In this document: positions 19,972-33,586 of the stretch, in pieces
Layout of the letters: each line of letters begins with the position of its first letter
Position numbering within the stretch: position 1 is the first letter of the stretch
Assembly: GCA_965261735.1 (NCBI GenBank)
Contig: OZ253470.1
Span: forward strand, 3,168,001 to 3,232,000
DNA: 64,000 bases
Source of the DNA: Alphaproteobacteria bacterium
Lineage (GTDB): Bacteria > Pseudomonadota > Alphaproteobacteria > SHVV01
Direction of reading: 5' to 3'
Made by a program: the position numbers and the translations under genes
Notes under the pieces: model-generated
What the model was told of the DNA's origin: nothing
Database searches by the model: none
The model's input: the letters and a program-made list of their open reading frames with translations, nothing else

Positions 19972-21894
19972 TCAGGCCCTGGCGGGCTCCTGTGCCGCGC
20001 CCTGGCCGAGCGCCTCGAGCGCCACACGAACGATATGCGCTGCGTTGAGACCGGCGACGTCATACATCTTCGCCGGCGAGTCATGATCAATGAAGAAGTC
20101 GGGCAGCGTCATCGGGCGGATCTTGAGGCCGGCATCGAGCAACCCCGCGCTCGCGAGATAATGCAGCACGTGGGCGGCAAAGCCCCCGATCGCCGCCTCC
20201 TCTACCGTGATCAACGTCTCGTGCTCGACGGCAAGCCGGCGGATCAGGGCCTCGTCGAGCGGCTTGGCGAAACGGGCGTCGGCGACCGTGATGGAAAAGC
20301 CGCGCCCGGCAAGCTCATCCGCCGCCTTCAGGCATTCGCCGAGCCTCGCGCCGAACGATAGCAGCGCTATCGTCGTGCCCTCGCGAAGGATGCGGCCGCG
20401 GCCGATCTCGAGCGGCGTGCCGCGCACCGGGCGCGCGACGCCGGTGCCCTCCCCGCGCGGGTAACGGACCGCCGAGGGGCGGTCATCGATCGCCGCTTGC
20501 GTCGCCACCATGTGCATGAGCTCCGCCTCGTCGGCGGCGGCCATCACCACGAAGCCTGGCAGCGTGGCGAGATAGGTCACGTCGTAGGAGCCCGCGTGGG
20601 TTGGCCCGTCGGCGCCGACCAGGCCCGCGCGGTCGATAGCAAAGCGCACGGGCAGGCGCTGGATCGCGACGTCATGCACGATCTGGTCATAGGCGCGCTG
20701 CAGGAAGGTCGAATAAATGGCGGCGAACGGCTTGTAGCCCTGGGTTGCGAGGCCGGCCGCGAACGTGACGCCATGCTGCTCCGCAATGCCGACGTCGAAG
20801 CAGCGCGTCGGAAAGCGTTCCTCGAAGAGATTGAGCCCCGTGCCCGAGGGCATGGCCGCGGTCAACGCAACGATCTTGTCGTCGGCCTCGGCCTCGGCGA
20901 TCAGGGCCTCGGCGAACACCGTCGTGTAGCCCGGTGCCGCCGCCTTTGACTTGGCCTGCGTGCCGGTGACCACGTCGAACTTGCTGACACCGTGATACTT
21001 GTCGGCCGAGGCCTCGGCCGGTGCGTAGCCATGGCCCTTCTCGGTCACCACGTGAACGAGGATGGCGCCCGACCCCTTCGCGTCGCGCACGTTCTTAAGC
21101 ACGGGGAGCAGGTGCTGGAAGTTGTGCCCGTCGATGGGACCCACGTAGTAGAAGCCGAGCTCCTCGAACAGCGTGCCGCCGGTGGCGAGGCCGCGCGCGT
21201 ACTCCTCGGCGCGGCGCGCCGTGCGCTCGATGCGGCTCGGCATCTTTTTGGCCAGCTGCTTGGCGATCTGGCGCAATCCACGATAGCTGCGCGAGGAAAT
21301 GAGCCGCGATAGATAGGCGCTCATGGCCCCCACCGGACGCGCGATCGACATGTCGTTGTCGTTCAGAATGACGATCAGGCGACTCGCCATCGATCCGGCG
21401 TTGTTCATCGCCTCGTAGGCCATGCCGGCGGTCATCGCACCGTCGCCGATGACGCACACGACATTGTGGTCCTCGCCCGCGAGGTCGCGCGCCACCGCCA
21501 TGCCGAGCCCGGCGGAGATCGAAGTCGAGCTATGGGCGGCGCCGAAGGCATCGTAGACACTCTCGGCCCGCTTGGTGAACCCGGAGAGGCCGCCGCCCTG
21601 GCGCAGCGTACGAATGCGGTCGCGCCGGCCGGTCAGGATCTTGTGCGGGTAGGTCTGGTGGCCGACGTCCCAGACGAGCTTGTCGCGCGGGGTATCGAAG
21701 ATGTAGTGCAACGCCACCGTGAGCTCGACGACACCGAGGCCGGCGCCGAGATGGCCGCCGGTGATCGAGACCGCATCGACGGTCTCCTGGCGCAGCTCGT
21801 CGGCCAATATTTGAAGCTGATCGGGCGCGAGCGCTCTCAGGTCGGCAGGGGCGCTCACGGTATCGAGCAACGGTGTTTTACTAGCAACGGCCAC
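19972..21894 (-). CDS. dxs: 1-deoxy-D-xylulose-5-phosphate synthase
   Basis: [58 protein letters not shown]. Confidence 0.97.
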   Translation of the reverse strand: MAVASKTPLLDTVSAPADLRALAPDQLQILADELRQETVDAVSITGGHLGAGLGVVELTVALHYIFDTPRDKLVWDVGHQTYPHKILTGRRDRIRTLRQGGGLSGFTKRAESVYDAFGAAHSSTSISAGLGMAVARDLAGEDHNVVCVIGDGAMTAGMAYEAMNNAGSMASRLIVILNDNDMSIARPVGAMSAYLSRLISSRSYRGLRQIAKQLAKKMPSRIERTARRAEEYARGLATGGTLFEELGFYYVGPIDGHNFQHLLPVLKNVRDAKGSGAILVHVVTEKGHGYAPAEASADKYHGVSKFDVVTGTQAKSKAAAPGYTTVFAEALIAEAEADDKIVALTAAMPSGTGLNLFEERFPTRCFDVGIAEQHGVTFAAGLATQGYKPFAAIYSTFLQRAYDQIVHDVAIQRLPVRFAIDRAGLVGADGPTHAGSYDVTYLATLPGFVVMAAADEAELMHMVATQAAIDDRPSAVRYPRGEGTGVARPVRGTPLEIGRGRILREGTTIALLSFGARLGECLKAADELAGRGFSITVADARFAKPLDEALIRRLAVEHETLITVEEAAIGGFAAHVLHYLASAGLLDAGLKIRPMTLPDFFIDHDSPAKMYDVAGLNAAHIVRVALEALGQGAAQEPARA

Positions 21895-21928
21895 GAGGGG
21901 ACTCCCTTTTTCGCTCAACCGGCGCCGC

Positions 21929-22816
21929 TCAACGCCGACGCTTAATAACAAATGTCGCTACGGCCCGCAAATTGTCGGCCTTGTCGGCGAACGGTTCGAG
22001 ATGCTCCGCTGCCTGGCCAGCCAGAAGTCGCGCCTGCTGGCGCGCCCGGTCCGCACCCAGGAGCGACACGAAGGTCGCCTTCCCGCGGGCCGCGTCCTTG
22101 CGCACTTCCTTGCCCGTCGCGCCCGCGCTGCCCTCGGCATCGAGCAGATCGTCGATGATCTGAAAGGCGAGCCCGAGGTCGTGGGCGTAGGCGTGCAGCG
22201 CGTGGCGCAGCTGCGCTGCCGCGTGCCCGAGGATCGCGCCCGATTCGCACGAAAAGGCGATCAGCTCGCCGGTCTTGAGCCGCTGCAGGCGGGTCACCGT
22301 GCCGATATCGAGCCCCGCGTTCTCGGCGACGAGGTCCATCATCTGGCCGCCGACCATGCCGTGATACCCGGCCGCCGCGGCTAGCGCGCGAACGAGCTCG
22401 CAGCGAACCTCGGGGTCTCCCGCGGTGTCGGGCGAGGTCAACACCTCGAACGCGAGCGTCAGCAGCGCATCGCCGGCAAGGATGGCCGTCGCCTCGTCGA
22501 AGCGGACATGGGTTGCGGGCTGGCCGCGTCGGAGGTCGTCGTCATCCATGCACGGCAGGTCGTCGTGGACGAGCGAATAAGTGTGCACGAGCTCGACGGC
22601 GGCGGCGACGCGAAGGGCCGACTCAACCGAGACCTCGAACAGCCGCGCGCTTTCCATGACCAGAAAGGGCCGTAGCCGCTTGGCCGGCGCCAGCGCCGCA
22701 TAACGCATCGCCTCGGCGACGCGGGCCTCGGGCCCCTCGGGCACCGCAAGAAGCCCGTCGAGCGTGCGCTCGACATCCTCCGCGCCGCCGCGCATGGCCG
22801 CATCGAACGGGCTCAC
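21929..22816 (-). CDS. ispA: farnesyl diphosphate synthase
   Basis: [35 protein letters not shown]; lies between xseB and dxs. Confidence 0.92.
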   Translation of the reverse strand: MSPFDAAMRGGAEDVERTLDGLLAVPEGPEARVAEAMRYAALAPAKRLRPFLVMESARLFEVSVESALRVAAAVELVHTYSLVHDDLPCMDDDDLRRGQPATHVRFDEATAILAGDALLTLAFEVLTSPDTAGDPEVRCELVRALAAAAGYHGMVGGQMMDLVAENAGLDIGTVTRLQRLKTGELIAFSCESGAILGHAAAQLRHALHAYAHDLGLAFQIIDDLLDAEGSAGATGKEVRKDAARGKATFVSLLGADRARQQARLLAGQAAEHLEPFADKADNLRAVATFVIKRRR

Positions 22817-22826
22817 ACCGCGCCCG

Positions 22827-23096
22827 TCAGCCGAGGTCGGCGGGTTTGCTCGACACCGCGCCCTCCGCACCGAGAATGATCTGATCCACCCTCTCCTTGG
22901 CGGCGCGGAGCTTGGCCTCGCAATGCTGTTTCAACTGGGTGCCGCGCGTGTACATGTCGATCGAATTCTCGAGGTCGACCTGCCCGGCCTCGAGCCGGCG
23001 CACGATCTCCTCGAGCTCGCTCAGGGCGGCTTCGAAGCTCAGCTCCTGAATGTCATCGGGGATTATCGGTGTCTCGGGGGGTGCGGCGTCGGTCAT
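22827..23096 (-). CDS. xseB: exodeoxyribonuclease VII small subunit
   Basis: LSFEAALSELEEIVRRLEAGQVDLENSI. Confidence 0.95.
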   Translation of the reverse strand: MTDAAPPETPIIPDDIQELSFEAALSELEEIVRRLEAGQVDLENSIDMYTRGTQLKQHCEAKLRAAKERVDQIILGAEGAVSSKPADLG

Positions 23097-23168
23097 TGGG
23101 GCTCCTCGGCGCTCCTTGAGTCTAAGCGGAGCGAGCCCGTCGCGGCAAGCGAGCGCCGGGCGCGCCAC

Positions 23169-24095
23169 CTAGGCCGCCATCAGCGCGGCCACATGGGCGG
23201 CGGCGCACCGCCCGAGCGCGGCCATGTCGTAGCCGCCCTCGAGCGTCGCGACCACGCGCCCCCGACCATGACGCTGGGCAACGCCGCATAGTTCTTCGGT
23301 CACCCAGGCGTAGTCGGCGTCAGCCAGCCGGAGCCCGCCGAGGGGATCGTCGGCGTGGGCGTCGAAGCCCGCCGATATGAGCAGGAAGTCGGGTGCGAAG
23401 CGGTCGAGCGCCGGCAGGATGCGCTCGCGCATCGCGCCGCGAAACTCGGCCGAGCCGGCGCCCGCCGCCAGCGGGACGTTGACGAGGTTGCCGAGGCCGA
23501 TTTCGTCGGCGCCACCGGTGCCGGGGTAGAACGGCCACTGATGGGTCGAGGCAAAGAACAGCTCGGGATCGGCGGCGAACGTCGCCTGTGTGCCATTGCC
23601 GTGATGAACATCGAAATCGACCACAGCAACCCTGCGGCACCCGCCTCGCTCGCGCGCAAAGAGCGCGCCGATGGCGACGTTGTTGAACAGGCAGAAGCCC
23701 ATGGCGCGGCCTTGCTCGGCGTGGTGCCCGGGCGGGCGTACCGCGCAGAACGCGTTCGCCGCCTCGCCAGCGATCACCGCCTCGACGGCCGCAATAAGGG
23801 CGCCGGCCGCCCTAAGCGCCGCCTCGCCCGAGCCCGGGGAGAGCGCCGTGTCGGGGTCGAGGAAGGCGCGCCCGTTGTTGGGGACCGCCGCGAGGACCGC
23901 ATCGACATAGTCGCGATCGTGAACGCGCGCGATGTCCTCGAGCGCGGCCAGAGGAGCTTCGCGCCGCGCCAGATCCGCGAACCCGGGCCCCGATAGCGCA
24001 TCGAGCACCGCGCTCACGCGGGCCGGAGTCTCCGGATGATTCGAGCCCGGCCGATGGTCGAGACAAGCCGGGTGCGTGTAGAGCAGCGTCGCCAC
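23169..24095 (-). CDS. histone deacetylase family protein
   Basis: HPE, RPPGHHA, GFCLFNN, DFDVHHGNGTQ, SAGFDAH, LEGGY. Confidence 0.93.
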   Translation of the reverse strand: MATLLYTHPACLDHRPGSNHPETPARVSAVLDALSGPGFADLARREAPLAALEDIARVHDRDYVDAVLAAVPNNGRAFLDPDTALSPGSGEAALRAAGALIAAVEAVIAGEAANAFCAVRPPGHHAEQGRAMGFCLFNNVAIGALFARERGGCRRVAVVDFDVHHGNGTQATFAADPELFFASTHQWPFYPGTGGADEIGLGNLVNVPLAAGAGSAEFRGAMRERILPALDRFAPDFLLISAGFDAHADDPLGGLRLADADYAWVTEELCGVAQRHGRGRVVATLEGGYDMAALGRCAAAHVAALMAA

Positions 24096-24217
24096 GATTG
24101 CCCCGCGGGTGACGGCAAAGTGATGGCGTACTCTCCCGTGGCCATTAGGAAAATGCTAGCCTTTGTTGTCCGACGATGGGTTTGAGAGGCCGACGTGTTG
24201 CGAGGTTTGCGGCGACG

Positions 24218-25306
24218 ATGAGGGTCTGGTCGCAGTTTGCCGTGGTCGCCGTGCTAGCGCTCGCGGGTGGGACCGCGTGGTACTACGCGGGCCCGGGAGC
24301 GGATGACAGTCAGGCAACGCGAGGGCCCGGCGCGGGGCGCGGACGCGCGGTTACCGTCGAGGTCGTCCCGGCGCGGCGCGGCACCGTCACACTCTCCGTC
24401 GAGGCGGTGGGCACCGCACGTGCCAACGAGGCGGTAACGATTACGCCCAAAATGGCCGCGATCGTCGAACGTATCGGCTTTACCGAGGGACAGTGGGTGG
24501 TTGCGGGCGACGTGCTCGTTGAGCTCGACGCCAACGAGCTCAAAGCCAACCTCGAGGAGAAGCGCGCGGTCCGCGACGAGGCCCGCAAGCTCTACGACCG
24601 CGCACGCTCCCTGCTCAAGAACCGCAATGTCTCGCAGTCGCGGGTGGACACGCTCTTCGCCGCACTCCAGGCGACCGAGGCGCGTGTCCGCGCCGACGAG
24701 GCGCGGCTCGGCGAATACGTCATTCGCGCGCCTTTCGCCGGTCGCCTCGGGCTGCGGCGCGTGAGCGTCGGCGCGCTCGTCACCCCGGGCACCATGATCA
24801 CCACGCTCGATGATACCTCGCGCATCAAGGTCGACTTCCGCGTCCCCGCGACCGCGCTCGCTCACGTGCGACCCGGCCTCGCCATCGAGGCGCGGAGCGC
24901 CTCGTATCCCGACCGCGCCTTCGCCGGCGAGGTCGTCACCATCGATTCGCGCATCGACCCGGTGACACGGGCGATCGAGCTCAGGGCGCACTTTGCCAAC
25001 GCCGACGGCCGGCTCAAGCCGGGCATGTTCCTGATCGCGGCTCTGTCCTTGGCGACGCGCGACGACGCGGTGCTGATCCCCGAGGAGGGCGTGGTCGCGA
25101 GCGGCAACGATCATTTCGTGTTCACGGTCGTCGACGGAAAGGCTGTGAAGAAGAGCGTCACGCTCGGCCAACGCCTCGAGGGCGAGGTCGAAGTGCTGGC
25201 CGGCCTCATTGCCGGCGATACGGTCGTTCGCGGCGGCATCCAGAAGGTGCGGGACGGCGTCGCGGTCAACCCCGCCGGGGGCAACCAGGCGGCCGGCGCC
25301 GGCTAG
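24218..25306 (+). CDS. RND efflux periplasmic adaptor subunit
   Basis: N-terminal anchor, IRAPFAG, LKPGMF; directly upstream of an RND permease. Confidence 0.9.
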   Translation: MRVWSQFAVVAVLALAGGTAWYYAGPGADDSQATRGPGAGRGRAVTVEVVPARRGTVTLSVEAVGTARANEAVTITPKMAAIVERIGFTEGQWVVAGDVLVELDANELKANLEEKRAVRDEARKLYDRARSLLKNRNVSQSRVDTLFAALQATEARVRADEARLGEYVIRAPFAGRLGLRRVSVGALVTPGTMITTLDDTSRIKVDFRVPATALAHVRPGLAIEARSASYPDRAFAGEVVTIDSRIDPVTRAIELRAHFANADGRLKPGMFLIAALSLATRDDAVLIPEEGVVASGNDHFVFTVVDGKAVKKSVTLGQRLEGEVEVLAGLIAGDTVVRGGIQKVRDGVAVNPAGGNQAAGAG

Positions 25307-25344
25307 TTCCTGGTTGCAAGGGAAGAAAGTGACTCATTATTGGT

Positions 25345-25441
25345 CCCCCTCCCCCTACCCCCTCCCACCAGGGGAGGGGAATGGTGCGATGTCCCAGTTC
25401 TTGGCCCTCCCCCTTGATGGGGGAGGGTCGGGTGGGGGTGA
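25345..25441. repeat. inverted pair of alphaproteobacterial REP-like palindromes
   Basis: CCCCCTCCCCCTACCCCCTCCCACCAGGGGAGGGGA and CCCTCCCCCTTGATGGGGGAGGGTCGGGTGGGGGTGA. Confidence 0.6.
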
Positions 25442-25477
25442 CGCGCGGACTTACGCAAGCAAGTACTAGCGCGGCCC

Positions 25478-28343
25478 ATGGTCCTCTCCGACGTCTCGAT
25501 CAAGCGTCCCGTCCTGGCGACGGTGATGAGCGCCGTGCTCGTGATTTTCGGCGCCTTCGCTTACGACAAGCTGCCGGTGCGCGAATACCCCGATATCGAC
25601 GCCCCCATCGTATCCGTCAGCACCGCCTATCGCGGTGCCTCGGCGCAGATCATCGAGACCCAAGTCACGCAGATTATCGAGGAGGCGGTCGCCGGCATCG
25701 AGGGCATCAGGCGCATCCGTTCGACCAGCCGCGAGGAATCCTCGAGCATCAGCATCGAATTTCGGCTCTCGCGCAACATCGAGAGCGCGTCCAACGACGT
25801 TCGCGATCGTGTCGCGCGATCGGTGCGACGGCTACCGAGCGCGGCCGATGCGCCGCGCATCGCCAAGGTCGAAGCCGATGCACGTCCCGTCATCTGGCTG
25901 ACCCTGTCGAGCGATCGGGTGAGCCCGTTGGAACTCAGCGACTACGCCAACCGGTTCCTTGTCGACTCGTTCTCGACCGCGCCCGGCGTCGCCTCGGTGC
26001 GCCTCTACGGCGAGCGCCGCTACGCGATGCGCGTGTGGCTCACCAAGGCGGCCTTGGCCGCCCGCGGCCTCACGGTTCAGGACGTCGAGGCCGCCATCCG
26101 CCGGCAAAACGTGGAGTTGCCCTCGGGCCGTATCGAATCGCGCGAGCGCGAGTTCGCGGTGCGTACCGCTTCGGCCCTCGAGACGCCCGAGGAGTTCGCC
26201 GCCATCGTCGTCAAGCGCGAGGGCGACTACCTGGTCCGCCTCGGCGAGGTCGCCCGCATCGAGCTTGCGGCCGCCGACGAGCGCAGCGAGTTTCGCACCA
26301 ACGGCCAGGGCACGGTCGGCATCGGCGTCATCAAGCAATCCAAGTCCAACACCCTCGAGGTCGCCAACGGACCCTGCTGGCGCTGGTTCTCGTCATCGGC
26401 CTCGTCGTCGACGACGCTATCGTGGTCGTCGAGAACGTCCACCGCCACATCGAGCAAGGACTACCGCCGCTGCTCGCGAGCCTGCGCGGCGCCCGCCAGA
26501 TCGGCTTTGCGGTCATCGCCACCACGCTCACGCTCGTCGCTGTGTTCGTGCCCATCTCATTCATGGAGGGCAACGCCGGCCGGCTGTTCCGCGAGTTCGG
26601 GGTATCGGTCGCCGTGGCGGTCTTGTTCTCGGCCTTCGTCGCGTTGTCGCTGACGCCGATGATGTGCTCGAAGCTGCTGCGCGAGGCCAGTGGCGAGGGG
26701 GCGCTGCATCGCTTCACCGAGCCCGCCTTTGAGGGCCTGCATCGGCTCTACCGGTTTCTCCTCGTGCGCGCCCTCGGTGCACCGATCGTCATCGTGGCAG
26801 CGACGCTGGCGATATCGGGCACCGCCTACGTGCTGTTCGCGGCGCTACCCCAGGAGCTCGCGCCGACCGAGGATCGCGGCGTCATCTTCATCCCTGTGTC
26901 GGCCCCGGAGGGCTCGAGCCTCGCCTATACGCGCCGCCAGGTCGCGCGCATCGAGGCCGAACTCCAGCCGCTGCTCGACGAGGGCGTGGCGCGCAGCGTC
27001 CTTAGCATTGTCGCGCCCGGTTTCGGCCGGCCCGGCAACGTGGGTTTCGCGTTCATGATCGTGCGCCTCAAGGATTGGAAGGAGCGCGAGATCGCCCAGC
27101 AGGAGAGGAGGTCACCCGGCGCATCTTCCCCAAGCTGCTGGCGGTGCCCGGCGTCCGCGCCTTCGCGGTCAATCCGGCGAGCCTCGGGCAGCGTGGCTCT
27201 TCCTCGCCGGTGCAGCTCATTCTTGGCGGTCCGAGCTACCCGATCCTGAACTCCTGGGCCGAGCGCCTGACCGCGCGCGGGCGCGAGACCCCCCGTCTCC
27301 TTAACGTCAACGCGAGCTACGACGAGACCCGGCCCGAGCTCCGGGTCACAATCGACCGCAATCGCGCGGCCGACCTCGGGGTTTCGATCGAGGGCCTGGG
27401 ACAGACACTAGAGACGATGTTGGGCTCGCGCCGCGTCACCACCTTCGAGCGCGACGGTGAGCAATATGACGTGATCCTGCGTGCGCGGCCCGAGGACCGG
27501 GCAACCCCGGACGACATCTCCAACATCTATGTGCGCTCGACCACCAGCGGCCGGCTCATCCCGCTCGCCAACCTGGTCTCGTTTCGCGAGGCGGCCAGTG
27601 CGCGCGAACTCACCCGCGTCGACCGGCTGCGCGCGGTCACGGTCTCGGCCTCGCTCGGACCCGGCGCCACGCTCGCGGAGGCGCTCGCCGATATCGAGCG
27701 CATCGCGGCCGACGAGCTGCCGCCCGAGGCGCGCCTCTCCTACGGTGGCCAGTCGCGCGAGTTCCGGGAGTCGAGCTCGCTGCTCTACTTCACCTTCGGC
27801 CTCGCGCTGGTGATCGTGTTTCTCGTCCTCGCCGCCCAGTTCGAGAGCTTCATCCATCCACTCGTCATCATGCTGTCGGTGCCGCTGGCGCTGACCGGCG
27901 CGCTCGGTGCCATGCGCCTTACGGGCCTTAGCATCAACGTGTACACCCAGATCGGCATGATCATGCTGATCGGGTTGGTCGCCAAGAACGGCATCCTCAT
28001 CGTCGAGTTCGCGAACCAGCTGCGCGACGCGGGCCAGGACATCCGCTCCGCTGTCGAGGATGCGGCAGTCACGCGCCTGAGGCCGATTCTCATGACCACC
28101 ATCGCGACCGCGCTCGGCGCGCTGCCGCTGGCGCTGTCGTCGGGCGCCGGCGCCGAGTCGCGCCAAGCCCTCGGCATCGTCATCATCGGCGGCGTGAGCT
28201 TCGCGACGATCCTGTCTCTGTTCGTGGTGCCGGTGCTCTACTTCCTGCTCGCCCGCTTCACCCGGCCCACCGGCTATATCGCGCGCAGCCTCTCGGCGCT
28301 CGAGAGTACCCACCGCCAACCCGCCGCCCATCCGGCGGAGTGA
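25478..28343 (+). pseudogene. RND permease (AcrB family) with an internal deletion near 26370 and a frameshift near 27105
   Basis: Three frames carry consecutive parts: SIKRPV.AT...EVAN | TLLALVLVIGLVVDDAIVVVEN...QQE | EVT...GLVAKNGILIVEFA, RLRPILMT. The segment normally between the first two parts is absent. Confidence 0.85.
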
Positions 28344-28362
28344 GCAGGGTCGTCCATTCCGC

Positions 28363-28920
28363 TTAGGGGGTTCCGCGAATAAGCGCGTTCGACGGCACGC
28401 TGTTGTCGATCGCTTTGCGGGCGCTCTCGACGCCGGCGACCGGCAGGCCGTCGGGATCGAGCAAGCCGAGCTGGACGAGGACGGAAGCCTGGTCCCAGTA
28501 GATGTGCTCGTGCGCGAGCTTGCCGTCACGAAAGCGCACGACCACCACCACCGCGACCTCGACCCGCTTTCCGGTCGGCGCGACGCCGGGGAGCATCCAA
28601 TCCAGCTCGGTGTCGTGCGTGAATTTGAACAGCATCTCATCGACCAATTGATTGTCACCGACGGTGCGCGAGATTTGGATCGACTCCCGGTCGGTCGGCA
28701 TCTTCGGTATGAAATGCTCGGAATAGAATTCGCGGAGCTGCTGGTGGCCGACGCCCCCAGTTAAGACGGGAATGTGGTTGACGTACGCATCCGCGACCAT
28801 CGTCCGAAGGGTATCCTCGGTATCACGAGTCTCGAACTCATACTTGATGTGCTCGTCCCAGAGTTCGACCAGGGCCTGCTGCGCGGGCGTGAGATTCTCG
28901 TCTCCCGTGGTATAGGTCAC
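28363..28920 (-). CDS. SnoaL/ester cyclase-like protein
   Basis: LWDEHIKYEF.TRD...YVNHIPVLTGG...SRTVG...DWMLPGVAPTG...HEHIYWDQASVL; GTG start. Confidence 0.8.
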   Translation of the reverse strand: MTYTTGDENLTPAQQALVELWDEHIKYEFETRDTEDTLRTMVADAYVNHIPVLTGGVGHQQLREFYSEHFIPKMPTDRESIQISRTVGDNQLVDEMLFKFTHDTELDWMLPGVAPTGKRVEVAVVVVVRFRDGKLAHEHIYWDQASVLVQLGLLDPDGLPVAGVESARKAIDNSVPSNALIRGTP

Positions 28921-28940
28921 GTGGTTTCTCCCCTGGGCGG

Positions 28941-30632
28941 CTAGCCTCCCGCGCTCTCGCGCTTGGCTCGCTCCTCGGCCTTGAGCTCCTTCTTCGAGAG
29001 CTTGCCGACCATGGTCTTGGGGAGCGTATCGCGGAACTCGATGTAGCGTGGCAGCTCGTGGCGCCCGAGCTTGTCGCCCAAGAATTCGCTGAGCTCCTCG
29101 GCCGTCAGCGTGTGCTCGGCCTTGAGCTTGACGAAGGCTTTGACGCTCTCGCCCTGATAGTCGTCGGCAACGCCGATGACGGTCACCTCCTCGACCGCCG
29201 GGTGGCGGTAGATCGCCTCCTCGACGTTGCGCGGATAGACGTTGAAGCCACCGACCAGAATCAGGTCCTTCATGCGGTCGATGATGAAAGTGTAGCCGTC
29301 CTCGTCGGTGTAGCCGACGTCGCCGGTGCGCAGCCGACCCTCGACCATGGTCTCGGCGGTCGCATCCGGGCGCCCCCAATAGCCGGCCATGACCTGCGGA
29401 CCCGAGATGCAGATCTCACCCGTCTCGCCCTGCGCCAGCACGTTGAGCGGGTCCTCCTTGTCCGTAACAGTGATGGTAGTGCCGGGAACCGGGAGCCCAA
29501 TCGAACCTTCCTTGTTGAGGCCGAACATGGGATTGCAGCAGGCCACCGGCGCGCTTTCGGTGAGCCCGTAACCTTCGAACAGCTGGCACCCCGACAGGTT
29601 TTCGAAGCGCTGCTTGATCTCGAGCGGCAGCGGCGCACCGCCCGATATACACGCCTTGATCGAGGTCAGGTCGTACTTGGCGAGATCGGGGTGGTTGAGG
29701 ATAGCGGCGAACATGGTTGGTACGCCCGGCATCAGGGTCGGCTTCTTGCGCGAGATGTCCTTCATCACCGGCTCGAGCTCGAAGCGCGGATGCATGATGA
29801 TCTCGGCGCCGATGGAGATCGACAGGTTCATGACCGAGGTCATGGCAAAGACGTGGAAGAACGGCAGCACACCCATCATGCGCTCGCGGCCGGGCTCGAC
29901 GGTGGTGAACCACAGCTTGGCCTGTATGGCGTTGGCGTAAAGGTTGGCGTGGCTGAGCATGGCGCCCTTGGCGACGCCGGTCGTGCCTCCGGTGTATTGC
30001 AGCACCGCGACGTCCTTGTTCGGATCTATTTCGACCGGCCGGAAGGCGCCCTCGTTGGCGAGCAGCTCGCGGAACGAGACGTGCTCGCGGTCGTTGGGCA
30101 CGGTCGCGATGTCGCCGCGCTTGACCAGCGGGAAGAGCCAGTTCTTGGGGAACGGGAGCGCCTCCTGCAGGGTACCGACCACGAGCTTGTCGACGCGGCT
30201 CTTCTTCAGCATCGAGGCCATCTTGGGGTAGAGCGCCTGCAGGCTCAGCGTGACCATGATGTCGGTCTGCGAGTCCTCGATCTGGTGGAGGAGTTCCTCC
30301 TCGTCGTAGAGCGGGCTGTAGTTCACCACCGTACCGCCGGCCTTGAGGATGCCGTAATAGGCGACGATGTATTGCGGGCAGTTGGGCAGAAACAGCCCGA
30401 CCTTGATCCCCTTGTCGACGCCGAGTCCCTGAAAGCCCGCCGCGGCACGGCCGACCTGCCCCGCGATCTCGGTATAGGTGTACTTGCAGCCCAGGAAGTC
30501 GACGAATGCGTTGTTGGGAAACTGGGCGACCGTATCGTCGAGCAGCGCATCGAGCCTCTTGGTCGGGATCTCCTGATCCCAACGCACCTCGTTGGGGTAA
30601 CTCTTGAGCCACGGGTGATCTGTCACGGCCAT
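28941..30632 (-). CDS. long-chain fatty acid--CoA ligase
   Basis: YTGGTTGVAKG, EGYGLTE, TGDVG, PKTMVGK. Confidence 0.93.
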   Translation of the reverse strand: MAVTDHPWLKSYPNEVRWDQEIPTKRLDALLDDTVAQFPNNAFVDFLGCKYTYTEIAGQVGRAAAGFQGLGVDKGIKVGLFLPNCPQYIVAYYGILKAGGTVVNYSPLYDEEELLHQIEDSQTDIMVTLSLQALYPKMASMLKKSRVDKLVVGTLQEALPFPKNWLFPLVKRGDIATVPNDREHVSFRELLANEGAFRPVEIDPNKDVAVLQYTGGTTGVAKGAMLSHANLYANAIQAKLWFTTVEPGRERMMGVLPFFHVFAMTSVMNLSISIGAEIIMHPRFELEPVMKDISRKKPTLMPGVPTMFAAILNHPDLAKYDLTSIKACISGGAPLPLEIKQRFENLSGCQLFEGYGLTESAPVACCNPMFGLNKEGSIGLPVPGTTITVTDKEDPLNVLAQGETGEICISGPQVMAGYWGRPDATAETMVEGRLRTGDVGYTDEDGYTFIIDRMKDLILVGGFNVYPRNVEEAIYRHPAVEEVTVIGVADDYQGESVKAFVKLKAEHTLTAEELSEFLGDKLGRHELPRYIEFRDTLPKTMVGKLSKKELKAEERAKRESAGG

Positions 30633-30765
30633 ACCCCCTCACCTCACCGGGTGCCGCATCGGCGCGGCACCGCTCGCGGGCAAATGCTACCCCCAATCGG
30701 GCGTGGGCGCCACGGCACCGCGGCGTGCGAGGGTCGGGGCGCGTCGCCGGCGTGGCGCCGCGCCC

Positions 30766-32565
<1,800 letters not shown>

Positions 32566-32671
32566 GGCGCTCCAACTATGGCATTGCTCGCGGGATCAGG
32601 CCAAGCAGCGCGATGCGGCGGCCCGCGACCGCGAGCCGCGCAAATTCACCTGGCGCAAACGACCCTGTAGA

Positions 32672-33496
32672 ATGATCGCTGGATGTCGCCCACATGACTC
32701 GCGAGGCGCAGGCGCGGTGGTAGAGAGCAGCAACGACGTAGCCGGCAACACGCTGCCGAGCTGGACATCAACGGTAACCGCAAACCGCCAGAGCCACTAC
32801 CATCGCTGCTGCGGCATCGATTCAAGCCTCTACGGCGAGCATGCCGACGTCACGATCCTCGGTGCCGACTGCATGCGGGCCTTGACCGCCGGCCGGATCC
32901 CGGTTGACGGACTGGTCACTCGGGCGCAGCACCTCGTGCTACATACGCCGGTTCAGGTCGGCGAGACGCTCGACGCCACGGGGCGGGTCGCCACAGTCGA
33001 GGGCGGGGCCGAGGGCGCTGTGACGACGTGCGTGTTCGAGTTCCGGCGCGGCGAGGAAGCCGCGGTCACCATGGAGATCAGCCTGTTGCGCCCAGACCCT
33101 AGCGCGGGCCGCGACGAGGCTGGCGCGGGCGCTGGGCGCAGCAGCGCACCCGCGGAGTTTCAGCTGGTCGCGCGCAAGCTGTTGACACCGGGGATGGTGG
33201 CGGAGTACGCGAGCGAGGCCGGCAATCGCATCCACCGCGACCCGGCGTTTGCCGCACGCTTCGGCTACCGCGCCCCGCTCGTCAGCAGCCACATGGTGCT
33301 GAGCTATCTCGTCGAGGCGCTGCGCGCCACGAGCGTCCCGGAAAGCCTCGACCTCGAGGCGGTTTTTCTACGTCCTTTGTACTGGGACGACGGGTTCGAC
33401 CTCCTGGCACGCTCGGGTCCCGGCGGAACACCCGTTGCCTTTCAATGCGTCAATCCACGACACGTGCTCGTCATCGAGGCGGCGACCAAGGCCTGA
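32672..33496 (+). CDS. MaoC-like double hot-dog fold protein
   Basis: GNRIHRDPAFAARFGYRAPLV, FLRPLYWD; start uncertain. Confidence 0.65.
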   Translation: MIAGCRPHDSRGAGAVVESSNDVAGNTLPSWTSTVTANRQSHYHRCCGIDSSLYGEHADVTILGADCMRALTAGRIPVDGLVTRAQHLVLHTPVQVGETLDATGRVATVEGGAEGAVTTCVFEFRRGEEAAVTMEISLLRPDPSAGRDEAGAGAGRSSAPAEFQLVARKLLTPGMVAEYASEAGNRIHRDPAFAARFGYRAPLVSSHMVLSYLVEALRATSVPESLDLEAVFLRPLYWDDGFDLLARSGPGGTPVAFQCVNPRHVLVIEAATKA

Positions 33497-33523
33497 TCGC
33501 CGAGGCCGCATCGAACGTTCACC

Positions 33524-33538
33524 TTAAGCCGCCCTTAA
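33524..33538. promoter_or_regulatory. CtrA-box consensus
   Basis: TTAA-GCCGCCC-TTAA, about 50 bp upstream of ORF 33587. Confidence 0.45.
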
Positions 33539-33586
33539 TCTCCCGCTGCTAGGGTCGCCCCTTACGCGTGACGACCGGGCGGTACC

